Source: Podarcis muralis
Lineage: Eukaryota
Direction of reading: 5' to 3'
Length of the DNA stretch: 64,000 nucleotides
Assembly: GCF_964188315.1 (NCBI RefSeq)
Contig: NC_135656.1
Span: forward strand, 31,248,001-31,312,000
Shown: in pieces, positions 62,798-64,000 of the stretch
Position numbering within the stretch: position 1 is the stretch's first letter
How the letters are laid out: each line of letters starts with the position of its first letter
Notes under the pieces: generated by a model
Databases searched by the model: none
Seen by the model: only the letters and a program-made list of their open reading frames with translations
What the model was told of the DNA's origin: nothing
Translations under genes and position numbers: made by a program

Positions 62798-63570
62798 TAG
62801 TGTGTACAGAGGCAGAGTTCTAAGTGTTCCAACAATACCAGTCTGCATCAGACACCATTGCTGAGCTACTATCCAGGGCTAAACCTTTCTGCTTGCTCTG
62901 ATAAGGAATTCAGAAGATCAGTGGTTGTTCCTAGCAAGCATGAATCTGGGGCCAAGGTTTCCTCAGGCTTGTTCTTGGAGGTAGCCAGGGCAGTAGTATG
63001 GGACGTTGTTAAGTTTCACGTTATCTTCGCAATAGGTTTCAGGTCAGCCAGTCAACTTCCTTTCTGCAGGCTTAATAATTAAAACACAGCTCCTGGACAT
63101 TTTCGCTGAAATCTCTTTCAGGGCTACTTGAAGGAGAGGAGCATAGCGTTTTGCTGTAAGACCTGCCTCCATCAGTACTCCTAATACAATTCCCACTTTA
63201 GCCAAAAGAGAGAAGTTGATGAATAATGTTAAGCAAGGTCAAAAGAAAGGCCCAAGGGTGGTTCAGGGAGCTGTAAATGTGAGGGAAGCTTGGAAGCTCT
63301 GGGTGGAGGCATGGTAAGATGGTTCTGGCCTATGGAAGGCCAAAATGAAAAGAAGACAGAACAACTTTTGCCACATAGAAAAAGCCTAAAAGAGCCCAAA
63401 ATGTCAACAGAGTGAGGAGAAATAAGTGGGGTCAGCATATAATTAGGAATGCTCTAGAATAAATTCAGTTTTTAAGGAAGGCTTCCTGACTGTGAGATGA
63501 GTCACTAACAAACGTTCCCATGGGAGTGTTGCATTCCCATAATAAATATATCTCACAGATGGTCTGAGGA

Positions 63571-63642
63571 GGGGCCATAGCCCAGTGGTAGAACGTCTGC
63601 CTTGCATGCAGAAAGTCCCAGGTTCAGTCCCCAGCATCTCCA
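63571..63642 (+). pseudogene. tRNA-Ala(TGC)-like SINE head or pseudogene
   Basis: A box TAGCCCAGTGG, TTGCA anticodon loop, B box GGTTCAGTCCC, but the acceptor stem has three mismatches. Confidence 0.7.
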
Positions 63643-64000
63643 AACGAGGTTGGGCAACCTGTAGCTGGCACCTACCATCATGGTCTCTGATTGGGGATCA
63701 TAGTAGTTGTGGTCTAGCTCTGAGGGCACCTCTGGTCTGAACTCCAGCTCCCATCATCCCTGCCCATATTTCATGCTGGCTGAGGCTGATGAAAGATAAA
63801 AGTTCAACAACGTCTGGAGGGCCACAAGTTCCCTTGCCCTTACTTAGAACAACGGGGTTACGGTTTCAAGAAGTAAGGGCACTACACTGTTGTTGTTTTT
63901 CTTCTGCAGTATTGATGTAGCCTTGTGAAATAACGGGTGTCCCTTGCACCAGGCTCTAAAATTTGAGACCTCCTTCAAAGCAAAAAATATGTTGCAACTC

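Noticed and set aside
63571-63642. Functional tRNA-Ala gene
   Set aside because: The acceptor stem is mispaired at three positions, no T-run terminator follows, and it runs into repeat sequence. More likely a SINE head.

Overview
Vertebrate genomic DNA. The Sauria-SINE, BovB and Squam-type repeats point to a squamate, probably a lacertid lizard (inference). The window is syntenic with human 17q25.3 in reversed orientation. I assembled exon models by hand from splice sites and reading frames: TMEM235 (first coding exon only, -), BIRC5/survivin (4 exons, 146 aa, -), AFMID (12 exons, 305 aa, -), TK1 (7 exons, 234 aa, +, head-to-head with AFMID), SYNGR2 (4 exons, 228 aa, -) and TMC8 (15 coding exons, 657 aa, -). 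TMC6 is expected beyond the right edge, but I found no TMC6 coding exon. Introns are full of SINEs, LINE fragments (BovB, L1, CR1) and Tc1/mariner and hAT MITEs. I found no CRISPR array, prokaryotic system or novel protein-coding gene. The most unusual structures are: (1) a ~97% identical inverted BovB pair in AFMID introns that also shares ~45 bp of non-BovB flank and brackets a frame-neutral 147-nt exon pair; (2) a ~455-bp direct duplication flanking the whole BIRC5 CDS and promoter, with strongly asymmetric CpG decay; (3) a SINE tail that forms an AFMID splice donor and a SINE with a ~70-bp target-site duplication; (4) a GC donor in TK1 intron 1; (5) an 82-codon in-frame open tail behind the TMC8 stop. 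Gene identities rest on recalled family sequences and synteny, not on database searches.
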